Assembly (NCBI RefSeq): GCF_004010195.1
Contig: NC_057750.1
Span: 18,304,362 to 18,368,361 of the forward strand
Reading direction: 5' to 3'
DNA: 64,000 nucleotides
Origin: Chiloscyllium plagiosum
Lineage: Eukaryota
Part shown: piece after piece, positions 26,520 to 39,545 of the stretch
Numbering within the stretch: the first letter of the stretch is position 1
Layout of the letters: each line of letters starts with the position of its first letter
Notes under the pieces: generated by a model
The model's input: the letters and a program-made list of their open reading frames with translations, nothing else
What the model was told of the DNA's origin: nothing
Databases searched by the model: none
Translations under genes and position numbers: made by a program

Positions 26520-26905
26520 GGAGAAACTGAGGACTGTAGATGCTGGAGATCAGAGTGGAAAGTGTGGGGTGCTGAAAAAGCACAGCAGGTCAGGCAGCAT
26601 CCGAGGAGCAGAAAATCGATGTTTCAGGCAAGAGTCCTTCATCTGGAAAACCTACCAAAATGTCGATTCTCCTGCTCCTCGGTTGCTGCCTGACCTGCTA
26701 TGCTTTTCCAGCACCACATTCTCAACTTTGTCCACCAAGGAACCTCATAGAGTTAGATTGCTAATTATACCCTTCCAAGATGAGCTTATATCGGGCAAAA
26801 GCACCAATCGTCGATTCTCCTGCTCCTCGGATGCTACCTGACCTGATGTGCTTTTCCAGCACCACACTCTTGATTCTAACCTCCAGCATTTGCAGCCCTC
26901 ACTTT
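26520..26905. mobile_element. Fold-back PLE insertion (26520-26728) plus a second PLE terminal fragment
   Basis: Same arm sequence as the other family-1 copies; TSD-like GTCCTCCAAAGA / GTCCACCAAGGA. Confidence 0.75.
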
Positions 26906-27634
26906 AGTCTAATTGCCACGAGTGGCTCAGCAGTACCATTACTGAATGCGTTGATTGAGTCTTAAAGGACGTAGCTGCTTAACTGGGTCTGTGGCAGGTG
27001 GTAAGGAAACTGGAGAGAGAGAAAAACAAACCTGACCAACCTGACCACATCCTCACCAAGCTGCCTGCTGCAGATGTCTCTGTACAGATCACTGCACACA
27101 AAGTCTCAACTTTACATTGAGAGTTCTTTCCATCATGTTACTCGGCACTACCATTGTGTTCCATGGGATAAGACTTCAAACAAATCTAGCAACTCAAGAC
27201 TGGGTACCTGTGAAGCCCTTTGGGCAATCAACAGTAACAGAATGGTACTCTAACATAAATCTGCAACTTCATGGCCTGGCATATCCCCCGCTCTATCATT
27301 ACCATCAAGCCAGGGGATCAACCCTGGATGAATGAAGAGAAAGAATGACATGGCAGAAGCAGTGCTAGGATGAGCTAACAGTAAGATGTCAACCTGGTGA
27401 AACTACAACCAGGACTAATAAGCAGCAATAGACAGTCAAGACTAGATAATTCTTAAACCAACAGATCAGACCTAAGCTCTGTAGTCCTGCTATATCCAGT
27501 TGTGAATGGTGGTGGACAATTAAATAACGATGGGGAGCCCAGCACATCAGTGCAAAAAATATTTCTGAAGCATTTGTAACAATCTCCAGCCAGATGTGTT
27601 GAGTGGATGATCTATCTTGGCCTCCTTCTATGAT

Positions 27635-27827
27635 GGAAATGTGTTGCTGGAAAAGCGCAGCAGGTCAGGCAGCATCTAGGGAACAGGAGAATCGACGTTT
27701 CGGGCATTAGCCCTTCTAATGCCCGAAACGTCGATTCTCCTGTTCCCTAGATGCTGCTTGACCTGCTGCGCTTTTCCAGCAACACATTTCCATCTCTGAT
27801 CTCCAGCATCTGCACACCTCACTTTCT
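27635..27827. mobile_element. Young fold-back PLE terminal insertion
   Basis: About 75-bp near-perfect inverted arms; TSD CCTCCTTCTATGAT at 27621-27634 and 27828-27841. Confidence 0.88.
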
Positions 27828-28790
27828 CCTCCTTCTATGATCCCCAGACATTATACAATTCAGTTCACTCCATATGATGTGAATAAATGCTTGGAGGCAC
27901 TGGAAACTGAAAAGACTGTGAGCCTTGACAATAGTCTGGTAGTAGTACTGAAGACTGTGCTTCAGAATTTGCTGCTCCCCCAGCCGACAGCTACAAGACT
28001 GACATCTACCCTACAATGTGGAAAATTGCCCAGGTATGTCCTGTGCACAAAATGCAGGGCAAATCTAACCTGGCCAGTTACTGCCCCATGAGCTCACCCC
28101 ATCCTCCCCAACCCCTATCTGCTTAGAAAGTTACTGCTCACTGATACGCAGATCGGACTTAACCAGAGGCCATTGACTTCAGTTCAAGCATGGACAGAAG
28201 AGCTGAACTTGGGAGGTGAGTTGTGAATGACTGCCCTTGACATTAAGGCAGCATTTGCCTGAGTATGACATTAAATAGACCTTGCAAGCTAGAGTCAGTG
28301 GCAATCGCGATGTGGAGGGGAGACCTCTCTGCTGGTTGGAGTCGTTTCTGGCACAAAAGATTCATTTGTTCTTTTTGGAAGTCAGTCATCTCAAGTTCAG
28401 GTCAGCTCTGCAGGATTTCCTCACATTACTGTCCTAGGCTCAACCATTTACAGCTGCTTAATCAATGACCTTCCCTTTATCATAAGGTCAGGAGTGGGAT
28501 GTTCACTGATGATTGTGCAATATTCACAAATGAAGCAATCCATGGAAAAATACAACAAGTCCTGGACAACACTGAGGCTTGAGCAGACAAATGGCAGGCA
28601 ATGACTATTTCCTATGAGAGAATTTAACCATTGCTCCTTGACATTTAATGGCATTACTATTACTGAATTCCTCCCTTATCAACATCCTGAGGGGGTTACC
28701 ATTGACCAGAAATTGAACTTGACTAGCCATATTAATTCAATGGTTATAAGAGGAAATCATAGGCTGGGAGTCCTGCCATAAACAATTCAT

Positions 28791-28977
28791 CAGGTCAGGC
28801 AGCATCTAGGGAACAGAAGATTCGACGTTTCGGGCACATGCCCTTCTTCAGGAAACATGCCCTTCTTCAGGGCATGTGCCCGAAACGTCGAATCTTCTGT
28901 TCCCTAGATGCTGCCTGACGCTGTTCCAGCAATAAAGTTTCAGCTTTGATCTCCAGCGTCTGCAGACCTCACTTTCT
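28791..28977. mobile_element. Young fold-back PLE terminal insertion
   Basis: Inverted arms; TSD CCATAAACAATTCAT at 28776-28790 and 28978-28992. Confidence 0.88.
28819..28855 (-). ncRNA. Minimal hammerhead ribozyme motif, intact core, antisense in galectin intron 2
   Basis: Minus strand reads TTTC-CTGAAGA-A-GGGC ATGT GCCC-GAAAC-GTC-GAAT. Confidence 0.7.
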
Positions 28978-30949
28978 CCATAAACAATTCATTCCCTGAC
29001 TCCCAAAGCCTGACTCTCAGCTACAAATACTGCCCATTTGACTGGGTCAATGCAGCTCCAAAAACACTCAAGATACTTGAAACCACCCAAGATAAGCAGC
29101 CCACTTGATTGACACCACATCCACAAATGTTCACTCCCTCTACCACCAACACACATTAGCAGCAGTGTGTACCATCTATAAGATGCATGCAGAAATTCAC
29201 CAATTACAGGCATTCTAAGGCCTGAGATCACTATCATCTAGAAGGACAAGAGCAGCAGAAATATGGGAATACTCCCATCTGCAGCAAGTTTCCCTCCAAG
29301 TCACTCACCATCCTCACTTGGAAATGTGTCATCATTTCTTCACTGTCACTGGGTCAAATTCCTGAAACTCCCTCGCTCATGATGTCATGTGTCCACTTGA
29401 ACCAAGTGGACTGCAGTGGTTCAAGAAGACAGCTTACCACAGGATTCTTGAGGTCAACTCGGAATGGGCAATGATTGTTGACCTAGGCCAGCGAAGCCTG
29501 CATCCCATGAATTAATTTTAAGAAAAATATTCATTCAAACCTCAACCATAAACCCTGCCTCCATGTGTAAATCACACCTTTGACCTCTATTTGGCCCTAT
29601 TTTTATCACCCCTTGACTATTAAAATGTTGGTTTATGACATTGGTATTTTCTCTTATCTTGGTTGTTAATCTTTTCCCATAACCCAGCATTGGTACTCTG
29701 ATTTGTTTCATCACCTCCCTCTTAACCTTCTTATCACTCTTGGCTCAACTGTATTTTTTACATGACGTGTATTCTTTAGCTTATTCTCTATCACTTCCTT
29801 TGTCCAGCGAGATCTAGTAAGTTTACCTACCTCTCCCTTTTGGGGAACTCTTTGAAGAATATACCTCTTTGACTGCCTGGTGGTCACTCATTCCCAAACT
29901 GCCTGCCTGCCCCCAACCCTGTGGTGTGACCAGTACTCTAACTACACGAACCACATAGTTCTCTATCTCATGGGTACACCACAATGACGCCAGCCACTGT
30001 TCGGTCTCCAAAGCCTGTTACTGGAGCTCTGAAATCTTTAGAGAGGAAAGGCAAGAAAATGGATTTGATGATGATAAGATCGGCCATAATCCCGTTCAAT
30101 AGCAGAGCAGACTTGATAAGCCGTATGCCTACGTCTCCTCCTTTTCTTTGATCCACTCGTCTGATGTGCATCCTGGCTGTCCGGCATTTATCCTCTGCCC
30201 ATAGTTACCCTTGAGGAAGTGGTGGTGAGCTACATTCTTGAATCACGGCAGTCCATGTGCAGGTAGACCAACAATGTCATTAAGGATGGAGTTCCAGGAT
30301 TTTGTCCCCAGTGACACTGAAGTAACAGTGATATATTTCCAAATGAGGGTGGTGAGTTTCTTGGAGGGGATCTTGTAGTTGGGGTGTTATATTTGCTGCC
30401 CTCGTCTTTCATGGGTTTGGAAGGTGCTGTCTTAGGATCTGTGATGAATTTCTGCAGTTTATTTTGTAGATAGCTACTGAGTGCTAGGGACGGAGGAGCT
30501 TTTGTGAACGTATGTCAAATGAGCTGATTTGTCCTTGATGGTGTGCAGCTTCTTGAATGTTGTTGAAGCTGCACTCATCTAGGCAAGTAGGGAGTATTCC
30601 ATCACACACCTTGTAGATGGTAGGCAGACAATGGGAGTCTGATGCAGGATTTGCTGCAGGATTCGCAGTCCCTGACCTACTATTGTAGCCTCTGTATTTA
30701 TATGGTTAGTCTAGTTCAATTTCTGGTCAATAGTAACTTCCAGGATGTTGATTGCGGGAAATTTAGAGATGATAATGCTATTGAGTGTCACAGGGTGGTA
30801 GTTAGATTCTCCCTTATTGGAGATGGCCATTGCCTTTCACTTGTGTGACAGAACCAGGAGCATTATCTAAGAATTAGGGTCAGGCCATTCAGGAGAGATG
30901 TTCAAAAGCTGTTCCACATGCGAAGAGTAGTGGTCTGGCCTTGTCCATT

Positions 30950-31612
30950 TCACATGGTAGATGTGTCTAAGACTAGAGGGCGATAGTTTAAGGTTAAGAG
31001 TAAGTGGGTTAAAGAAGATCTGAGGAAAACCTTTTCACCTAGAGGATGGTAGAAATATGGAACGTACTGCCTGAGATGGTAGTGGAGGCATCTACTCTCA
31101 CATCATTCAAGATAGAGGTTCATAAAATCATGAGGGGCATGGATAGGATAAATAGGCAAAGTCTTTTCCCTGGGGTCGGGGAGTCCAGAACTAGAGGGCA
31201 TAGGTTTAGGGTGAGAGGGGAAAGATATAAAAGGGACCTAAAGGGTAACGTTTTCACGCAGAGGGTGGTGCGTGTATGGAATGAGCTGCCAGAGGATGTG
31301 GTGGAGGCTAGTACAATTACAACATTTAAGAGGCATTTGGATGGGTAAATGAATAGGAAGGGTTTAGAGGGATATGGGCCGGGTGCTGGCAGTTGGTACT
31401 AGATTGGGTTGGGATATATGGTCGGCATGGACGGGTTGGACCGAAGGGTCTGTTTCCATGCTTTACATCTATATGATTCTATGCATCTGGATGAACACTT
31501 AAAATACTAGGGCATAACAGGTAAATGGGCAATCCAGTATAGTTTACCATTTGTTGGTCAGCATAGACACAGTGGGCTGAAGGGCCTGTTTCTACTTTAG
31601 AAGACTCTATGA
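30950..31612 (+). mobile_element. Nested CR1-type LINE 3' ends (young copy ~31110-31482)
   Basis: IEVHKIMRGMDRINRQSLFP...SRTRGH...FTQRVVRVWNELPEDVVEA. Confidence 0.85.
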
Positions 31613-31794
31613 TCCTCCCCCTGCCCCCAGCCACCACCACCGCTACTATCCCATCCTTGTCTTTTGATAATAATCAGTTTCAGGGACACCTTATGTGTAA
31701 TGTGCTGTAGCAGTGACTGTCACCATTCCCAGAACACTGGGAACCACATTGGGAGCAGCATGACTGCATCTGCATCTGTCTTTTTGCCTCGTAG

Positions 31795-32002
31795 GTTTGC
31801 AGTGGATTTCCAGTGTGGCAGCATTGTGAAGCCACGTTCTGATATTGCCTTTCACTTCAACATACGTTATGATGAGGGGACTGTGGTTTGCAACACATTG
31901 GAGCGTGAGCGTTGGGGAACAGAAGAGAGGAAGCCTCAGATGCCTATCTCCACTGGCTCTTACTTTGAACTGATCTTCCACGTGCGTAGTTACTGTTTTC
32001 AG
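31795..32002 (+). CDS. lgals9: Galectin-9-like exon 3, N-CRD sugar-binding core (FAVDFQCG...DIAFHFNIRYDEGTVVCNT...WGTEERKPQMP...CFQ)
   Basis: Acceptor CTTTTTGCCTCGTAG, donor CAG|GTACGA, 208 nt (phase 2 to 0). Galectin signature H-x-N-x-R, V-x-N, W-G-x-E-x-R. Confidence 0.97.
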
Positions 32003-33012
32003 GTACGAGAAAAGACTTACTGACTCCATGGAAAGACGGTCCAATTATCTTACTTTATTCTGTAAGTGGCTGCCTGGCCAATATGACTGAAACTCAATAT
32101 TGAGGTGACCAGAGGGCCAGATCCCAATTTGGACTCCTTGAAGCTGCTTTGTGTTCCAACATTATAGAGAATGCAATGCAAAGTTGCCAACCCTGTAGGA
32201 ATGGCCTGGTCTAATCTCCTGGACAAAGGCAGTGAGCAAACCAATTAGAAAAAAAAGATGACAAGCAATAAAGTAATTGTATTTTATAAAACTTTTCTTT
32301 TGTGATGCTTATTTACTAATTTTAAAGGTAATTGGATTTTAGTAGGAGGAGGGAAAGTGTAGTTTGCCAGTCAAGAGTCATCCAGTTTATTCTGTTTCCA
32401 ACTGGAAGATCAGAGAGGGGTTTTTGAGGATGGACAAGTCAGGTGACCAGTAGGAGTGTGAGGGCAAGGGTGGAATGTTATGAGGGTCATGTGACAAAAA
32501 TGCCCCATGAATGTGTCCCCCTGGAATTGGCCAACTGAAACCCAGGCAAAGCAAGTTTGGGAAGGCCGTGGATAAAGAGATTACACTGTTGCATCAGGCT
32601 GGATAAACAGTATCTGTCAGATAGAATCGATACTTATCCTGAAACCTGCAGGATTTCACTTCAGTCTTGAATCTTGGGAATTAAATCTTGTAAGGAAGCG
32701 GGAGAGGGTGGGATTAATAAGTCTCATGAAGAATTCAAGATAAACTTCTTTGCACTGTGGTGAGAAAATAGCACGTGTTGTCACAGTGGGTAGTTGAGGT
32801 GAATAACAAGAAATATATGAGGGAGAAAGGACAAGAAGGATATGCTGCTAAGGACATGTTGCTAGGGTGAGATGAAGTAAAGTAGATTGGAGTTCACGTA
32901 GAACAAACTTTTCATTCTGTTTACTTTCTGTTAACACTGAGTAACACCATGGAGGAGATGAGAGAGAGCCTGAAATTTAATAAGTAACGTGCATGTTTTC
33001 TCTCTTACAAAG

Positions 33013-33132
33013 GTATCTGTGAATGGTTCTCATTTCCTTGAGTATTCTCACAGGATTTCCTACAATAGAGTGGACACACTCTCGATTTCTGGAGATGTCC
33101 ATGTGAATACCCTCACCTTCAGAAACCAAAAT
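33013..33132 (+). CDS. lgals9: Galectin-9-like exon 4, N-CRD end (VSVNGSHFLEYSHRISYNRVDTLSISGDVHVNTLTFRNQN)
   Basis: Acceptor TTTTCTCTCTTACAAAG, donor AAT|GTAAGT, 120 nt, phase 0-0. VNG..F..Y.HR and GDV motifs. Confidence 0.95.
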
Positions 33133-35035
33133 GTAAGTAGCTTGTTGGCATTTAACAAGTGCAAGAGAGGACAGGGAGGCAGAGGGTAGTTTAGTTGAAG
33201 CTGCATTTTGAGTTCTAGCACTAACTGAGCTACTGATTAAAACTTGTTTGAAAATCTTTGTCACTATTCCACAAGACTTGTATAATTTTGAAGGATGACT
33301 TTCATTTCCACGATGGTCTTCCAATCTCAATTTCCCTCACTCTACAAGTGGGGGTAATGACTGGGAAGGTGAAGGGTGAATTAGATTCTGAGGCCTACTT
33401 GAGCCTCAAAGCCTTAGACTCAATTTCTCTACCACTGCCCAAGACATGCCCACAATTAGCAGTGGATCCTTACATGTGACTGTTTGTTGACAGCTTTGCC
33501 CGAATAGGCTAAAGTATGGAATAATGTGGATTAAATTAGATACATCTTCTTATAAACTAAACTATGAGCAGTCATCAGTTGGACTGGATTTAAAAAGTTA
33601 TTGGATGTTGCAGTGACAGCACTGTAGGCATTCATTTGATGGAGAAGTTGCAATGGGTTGATTGGTCTTCCTTAAGCATAATAACCTTGTCACCTGCATC
33701 AGTGCGGACGAGCCAAGTGGAAATTATTGATTGCCCAAGGGATCTGGGAAAGGAAAATGTCACCTTTCTTGGGCACCTTTCAGAAACCTGCTTCAAAATG
33801 ACACCGAAGAAGACTTGATGGAACTGCGGATATGGGAGGAAGGTTCCCTTTCTTTCTAGTGGGGGAGTAATGAGGAGCAAAACAAGTGCAGTAAAATTCA
33901 AGAAGACTTTAAAAAGAAACAAAACATTTTCAATTGGAAAAAAGGGCAGGAGAAACTCGGCAGGTCTATCAGGATCTGTGGGAAGAGAAACAGTGTTCAT
34001 ATTTCAAACACAATATGACTCTTGTTTTGAACTGAATAGATCTTAAGACCATAAGAAATGGGAACAAGAGGAGGCCATTTGGCTCCTTGAGCCCAGTCCG
34101 CCATCCAATGGCTGATCTGACACTCCTCACATTCACTTTCCTGCCCTTTCCCCTAATGGAAAATTATTTTCTGTTTTCTGGTTCTGACCAAGAATGTTGA
34201 CAAATGCAAGTTTAGCTTCCTATTTCTGATTTAACTGCCATGAAATTTCAGGATATGACACTTTCCTTCCATGTTCTTGCACTTTGGCCTGCACAAAGTT
34301 CTGATCATCAAACATCCCTTTGCTCACTGAACAGTTGTGGCCATTAGTGACTGAGTGACTTTATTTTTAAAATTCTCATCGTGCGTTTCAATCCCTTTAT
34401 AATCTTTTCCTTTGCTATCTTTGTAACCTGCTCAAGCTCTATGACTCTCTGAGATCTCTACATTTCTCCAACTCGAGTCTCTTGCACATTTACATTTCCT
34501 ATGTCTGCCATTGGTAGTCATACACTCAGTCATCAAGTCCCAAAGCTCTGGAATTCCCACCCACTGACCACAAAATCGGTCATATCCTGCTCTCTGGGTC
34601 CTTGATCACACGTGTCCCCATTCATCCAGACCCCCATGCTTTCTGACCTACATTGGCTCCTGGTCTTGCAAGTTTAGAATTCCTATCTCTTACTTTTAAA
34701 TCCTTCTATGGCTTCATCCCTCTATATCTTATCGAGTCCTGTAACCCTGCGCGATAACTGTACATCTCCATTTTTTTGCATCTTGCATATCCCAATTATA
34801 GTTTTTCCACATTTGATGCGTGAACTTTCAACTGTTTGCATCTGAAGCTTTGGAGCTCTATCCCAAACTTTCTTCGTATCTCTAGCTCATCCCTCTTCCT
34901 GTGCATAAAATGGGGGTTCTCACATGATGCAGACATTGCTAGCTAAGCCAGCATTTATTGCCCTTCTCCAACTGTCCGTGCCACACTCTGTAAAGCCCGC
35001 CTCTTTGACAATGTCCCTATCCTAATGGATTCTTC

Positions 35036-35255
35036 ATGAAAGCAAAATATTATGAATGCTGGAAATCTGTATTGAAAAAGGAACAGGAAATGCTGGAGAA
35101 ACTGAGCAGGTCTGACAGCATCGGTGGAGAGAGACACAGTGGTAATGTTTCAAAACAGTTTTGAACAAGAGTCATTCTCGAGTTAATGTTAACGCTCTTC
35201 ACAGGTCCTGCTAGATCTGCTGAGAGTCTCCAGCATTTTCTGTTTTTATTTCTAG
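35036..35255. mobile_element. Older fold-back insertion of a third PLE-like terminal family
   Basis: AAATGCTGGAGAAACTGAGCAGGTCTG ... CTAGATCTGCTGAGAGTCTCCAGCATTTT inverted arms; related to 36515-36650 and 42625-42750. Confidence 0.6.
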
Positions 35256-35396
35256 TATTTCATTCCTTGGCTTGTTATAAATGTTTTATAATGTCAAAGG
35301 CACACTATAAACGCAAGCATTTCATGCTGTCCTGTTGTTGGCATACTATTTTGACCATCCCTAAATCCTGTTTTCTGATCCTCAATGTATTTTCAG

Positions 35397-35447
35397 GTTC
35401 CTCCACCTTATGCTCCTCCTGCTTACACTCCAATTCAAGCTTTCAAT
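35397..35447 (+). CDS. lgals9: Galectin-9-like linker exon 5 (VPPPYAPPAYTPIQAFN)
   Basis: Acceptor TATTTTCAG, donor AAT|GTAAGT, 51 nt, phase 0-0. Pro/Tyr-rich like galectin linkers. Confidence 0.82.
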
Positions 35448-36009
35448 GTAAGTCTGCTTGTTTTGCATCTGTTCATAGTTTTTGCCAAGCGATTGACGTG
35501 AGTTAACTCAGCATTGCAATAGTGTCAGGTTTGTCAATTGCCTTTGTGAATGCCTCTCTGGATCTGCCGTGCATAGAGAGTGATTTGCATGTGGAATGAA
35601 CTTCCTGAGAAAGTGGTGGATGTGGGTACAATTACGTTTAAAAGACAGTTGGATGAGTACATGAATAGGAAAGATTTGGAGGGATATGGGCCAGGAGCAG
35701 GTAGGTGGGATTAGTTTAGTTTTGGATTATGTTCGGCATGGACTGGTCGGACCGAAAGGTCTGTTTCCTTGCTGTAAGAGTCTATGATGCTATGACTATG
35801 AGACGTGTATTAGAATGTTGCGGTAAGTGAGGAATTGGGTTTATTCTTGGTGAATGTGCTTCAGTCGTCAGAATAACTTTACCCATTTGTATTTTCTTGT
35901 TATCTTTCCTTAAACGTTGCGATTAACTTAAATAAATTATAAATGAAAATTGTTCAAAGAAGGCTTTGTAAAAGGGAAATATGGGGATCATAGGGCAAAG
36001 AATGTAACT

Positions 36010-36290
36010 CTCTCATTCTGTTGGGGGCTTGGGAAACTCTCCCCCATCCTGTAGGGGGAGCTGTGTGTTCCTTTCCCATCTTGTATGTGGGAGCTGTGCG
36101 CATTCTGTCCATCCTTTAGGGGCTGAACTGTGTAAAATGCTCCCAGTCTGTAGGGGGCAAGCTGTAACTAGCCCTCCCATCCTTTAGGGAATGATCTATG
36201 TTTAGCCTGGCCCATCCTATAGGTTGGGGGTGGGGCATAAGCTATGGATAGCCCTCGGATCCTGTTGAGTGGACAGTAAGTACCCCTCCC
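36010..36290 (+). repeat. Degenerate minisatellite, ~32-34 bp unit
   Basis: Recurrent CCCATCCTGTAGGGGGAGCTGTG-like unit, about 8 copies. Confidence 0.65.
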
Positions 36291-37353
36291 AAACTGCCTT
36301 CCAGTCTGATTTTTTGTTTCTTCACCAGCTTTGTTGTGACTTTGAACTTGTGTGTAATGTTTGCTCTCTGATACGTTCCAATTCCAAAGGAAGATCAAAT
36401 TCCAATCACTTAATCTGAATTATTAACATCTTTTCTTCAGCAGCACTGTACACTCCACAATCCCCACCGCTCCCCCCCAACTCTTGCATAAATGTTGCCC
36501 CCTCCACACTTCACTTCAGCTCTGATGAAGAGGTATGTAGACTCTAAACGTGAGCTTGCTCTCTCTCCATGGATGCTGTCTGACCCACTGAGATCTCCAG
36601 CATTTGTTGTTTCCAGGACAGGTCCCAGGATTTGTAGTAATTTGTTCTAACAATTAATACTGCATTAGAAGAGGGTGCCGATTGGTTGGTGAATAGATTC
36701 TGATGGTAGGGCATTGCCATAGAAAATGAACCAGGGAACAGTTAACTGCCACTTTTTTGTTTAAATTCAAACCAGAGTGATGAACTCTGATTGGTTGAAT
36801 TGCTGCCATGTTGACAATGGTTGTTGCACAGACTTTGTTCAGATGAAAAAGGCTCAATGTGTTGAAATGTTCTCTCTGTTTATAGAACACCAGGTCATGT
36901 GTACACATCTAGCATGCGTAAGTGAGCCAAACTGCAAGCCTGACTATAACCCCTAAACTGGTTGTTAGTGTAATTGGTGGCACAGTCGGGTTATTTTGCA
37001 AGTACTGTACAATGCAAGGTCACATTTGATGTTGGATGTTGTGTTCTGAGTTTTGTAAGTGCTGGTTGGTTGAGTATGGAATGCGTTGCCAGCAGCAGTT
37101 GTGGAGGCAGGGTCACTGGGGACATTTAAGAGACTCCTCGACATACATATGGTCACAGATATTTGAGGGTGCATACATGAGGATCAGTGGTCGGCACAAC
37201 ATCGTGGGCTGAAGAGCCTGTTCTGTGCTGTACTGTTCTATGTTCTATTCTGCCTGTTATGAACAGCCTAAGAGGTGATCACCTTGTAAGATTCAAGAAT
37301 ATGAAGAGTAAAGACAAAAAAACTGCAGATGGTAGAAATCTGAAACAAGCACA

Positions 37354-37652
37354 GGGGCGGCACAGTGGCTCAGTGGTTGGCACTGCTGCCTCACAGCACC
37401 AGGGAACAGGGTTTAATTCCCACCTTGGGCCACTGTCTGTGAGGAGTTTGCACGTTCTCCCCGTGTCTGCGTCGGTTTTCTCTGGGTGCTCCGGTTTCCT
37501 CCCACAGTCCAAGGATGTGCAGATCAGGTGGATTGGCCAAGCTAAATTGCCCATAGTGTTAGGTGTATTAGTCAGGGTTAAATGTAGGGAATGGGTTTGG
37601 GTGGGTTACTCTTCGGAGGGTCAGTGTGGACTGGTTTGGCCAAATGGCCTGT
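37354..37652 (+). mobile_element. HE1-like V-SINE
   Basis: GGGGCGGCACAGTGGCTCAGTGG head and V-domain. Confidence 0.85.
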
Positions 37653-39462
37653 TTCTGGAGAAACCCGGCAGTGTCTGTAGAGAGAGCAACAGAGTTAGCA
37701 TTTCAAGTCTGGTATGACTTCTCCTCAGAATGAGCTGAGATAATGAAGGGGGCTTGGCAGAGCAGAAATAGAGCTTTAGTGCTACTTGGGGAATTGTTTA
37801 AGAGTTAAAAGGTCTGACTGAGGTGAGGAAAGGTTTATTTCCTCAGTGTTGTGAATTTGAAGAATTCTCAACCCCAAATAGTTGTGGATGCTGCTGTGTT
37901 GAATATATTTGAGATTGGGATAGTCAGTTTTTTTTTGATTCTGTGAGAATCAAGAGATTTGGGGAGCATGCAAGAAAATGGGATTGAAGCACCAAATTTA
38001 ACCGTGATCATCTTGCATGTTTAGAGCATGTTTGATGAACTATTTGAAGTCCATAGCTTTAGGTATAGAATTGAGCAAGGCACTGGTCTCAGCCCAGTTT
38101 AAGTGGAGCAGAATATCTCTCTCTTCCATTAGGTTATCATTTAAAAAGAAAGAATGTGTAGGGTATGGGGAAACAAAGCAGAGAATGGGACTCCGTCGTG
38201 ATGCTCATTTGAAGAGCCAACGCAAACATGATGAGCTGAATGGCCGATTTCCTCACCGTAACACTTCTGTGATTCTAAATAGAGGTATCAGTGCTCCTCA
38301 AATGGAGGCTTCTATGTTGCACACCTATCCTTGGCTCGAAACCATTTGACACATGACTGCGGTGACAACCCTGAGATGATTACCTTTCATGTTCTGCCTT
38401 TTCATTTGAAATATAACTCCCCAAATTGCAATATAGAACATCAATTCTACCTGTATTCTATCCTATTAATTCTATCTCTGTCTTTGGTTCCCATATGGAC
38501 CACTGGATCTTTCTGTCCCCCTCTACAAGTCCATCTTTAGCCATAAGGAGATGTCCTTAATTCTGACGTCAAGCAGGCAACACAATCTTTGCAGTTCCCA
38601 GTCTATCCCCCGATTACATTGTCTCCCATCTATACCTCTTTAGTATTTGCTTCCCCACTAGAATGGCTTTCTTTACCACTGTTTCCTAGTCATTTTGCTC
38701 ATCCACACTGTAGTCCCTCCTTTCACCTACACAGGCAATATAGTTCAGTGGCTAGGGCTCCTCTATAGCTATCTATCTGCTGAATCCCCACAATTGTGCA
38801 GCTGGCAGTCACACAGCCTTTTGTCTCTGAATATTGACCAATTTTAAAGTTCTTTTACTGTGGCCTCAACTTCACTTTCCTGTTTGCGCTCGATTACATT
38901 TGATTCCCTTATCAATTAAGAATCTATCAAAATCTGTCTTAAAAATATTCAATGGTCCAACCTCCATTACTCTCTGGAGAAGAGAATTCCACAAATGATC
39001 TTCTCAGAAATGAGAACCTTCTCATCTCAGCTTCGTAAACAGAAGACCCTGATTTTTAAATGGAGTCTCTTAGTCCAAGAGGAAACATCCTATTGTATCT
39101 CTCCCATCAAATCCCTTCAGAACTCCTCTCGTTCTTCCAAAGTCAATTCTTGTCTTTGTTCTGGTGCCACATTTTGTTTGATAATGCTTGCGTGTAACCT
39201 TGAGATATTTTCCTACATTAAAGGTACTACGTAAGTCTATATTGATGATGATAAGAACAAGAATTTCAGGAGCTCGATACTGCCACCTGCAGGGTCATGT
39301 TGATACTGCAGCCTTTCAGAAACAATTTTAGTTCCTGGAGTAATCTTTAAAACTAATTTTTCAGATCAAGATTTGCTATGATTGAGAGATTGTGTTATTT
39401 CTTTGTCTCTCCCTTTTTTCCACAGCCTTTGTGGATGATATTGTGTTGTATTTTCCTCCTAG

Positions 39463-39522
39463 GTTCACTCCACATTTAGCTCCAAACCTGCCTTTCTTTT
39501 TGCTGCACCATGCAAGGAAGTT
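39463..39522 (+). CDS. lgals9: Galectin-9-like linker exon 6 (VHSTFSSKPAFLFAAPCKEV)
   Basis: Acceptor ATTTTCCTCCTAG, donor GTT|GTAAGT, 60 nt, phase 0-0, open frame. Supported by splice signals only. Confidence 0.65.
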
Positions 39523-39545
39523 GTAAGTCTCACTGTTTAAAGTTT

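Larger units (their letters stand above)
26960..29515 (+). mobile_element. Decayed non-LTR retrotransposon (RT-bearing, CR1/L2 group) hosting two fold-back insertions
   Basis: Broken RT motifs ALDIKAAF (~28232) and MFTDD (~28499); 3' tail AAGAAGACAGCTTACCAC...GCATCCCATGAAT shared with many short copies in the window. Confidence 0.7.

Noticed and set aside
36010..36290. Regularly spaced repeat considered as CRISPR-like
   Set aside because: Degenerate tandem minisatellite in eukaryotic DNA with no unique spacers and no cas genes.
39426..39462. Strong upstream acceptor (CCTTTTTTCCACAG) for exon 6
   Set aside because: Adds 37 nt, shifts the frame and reaches TAG; not part of a productive model.
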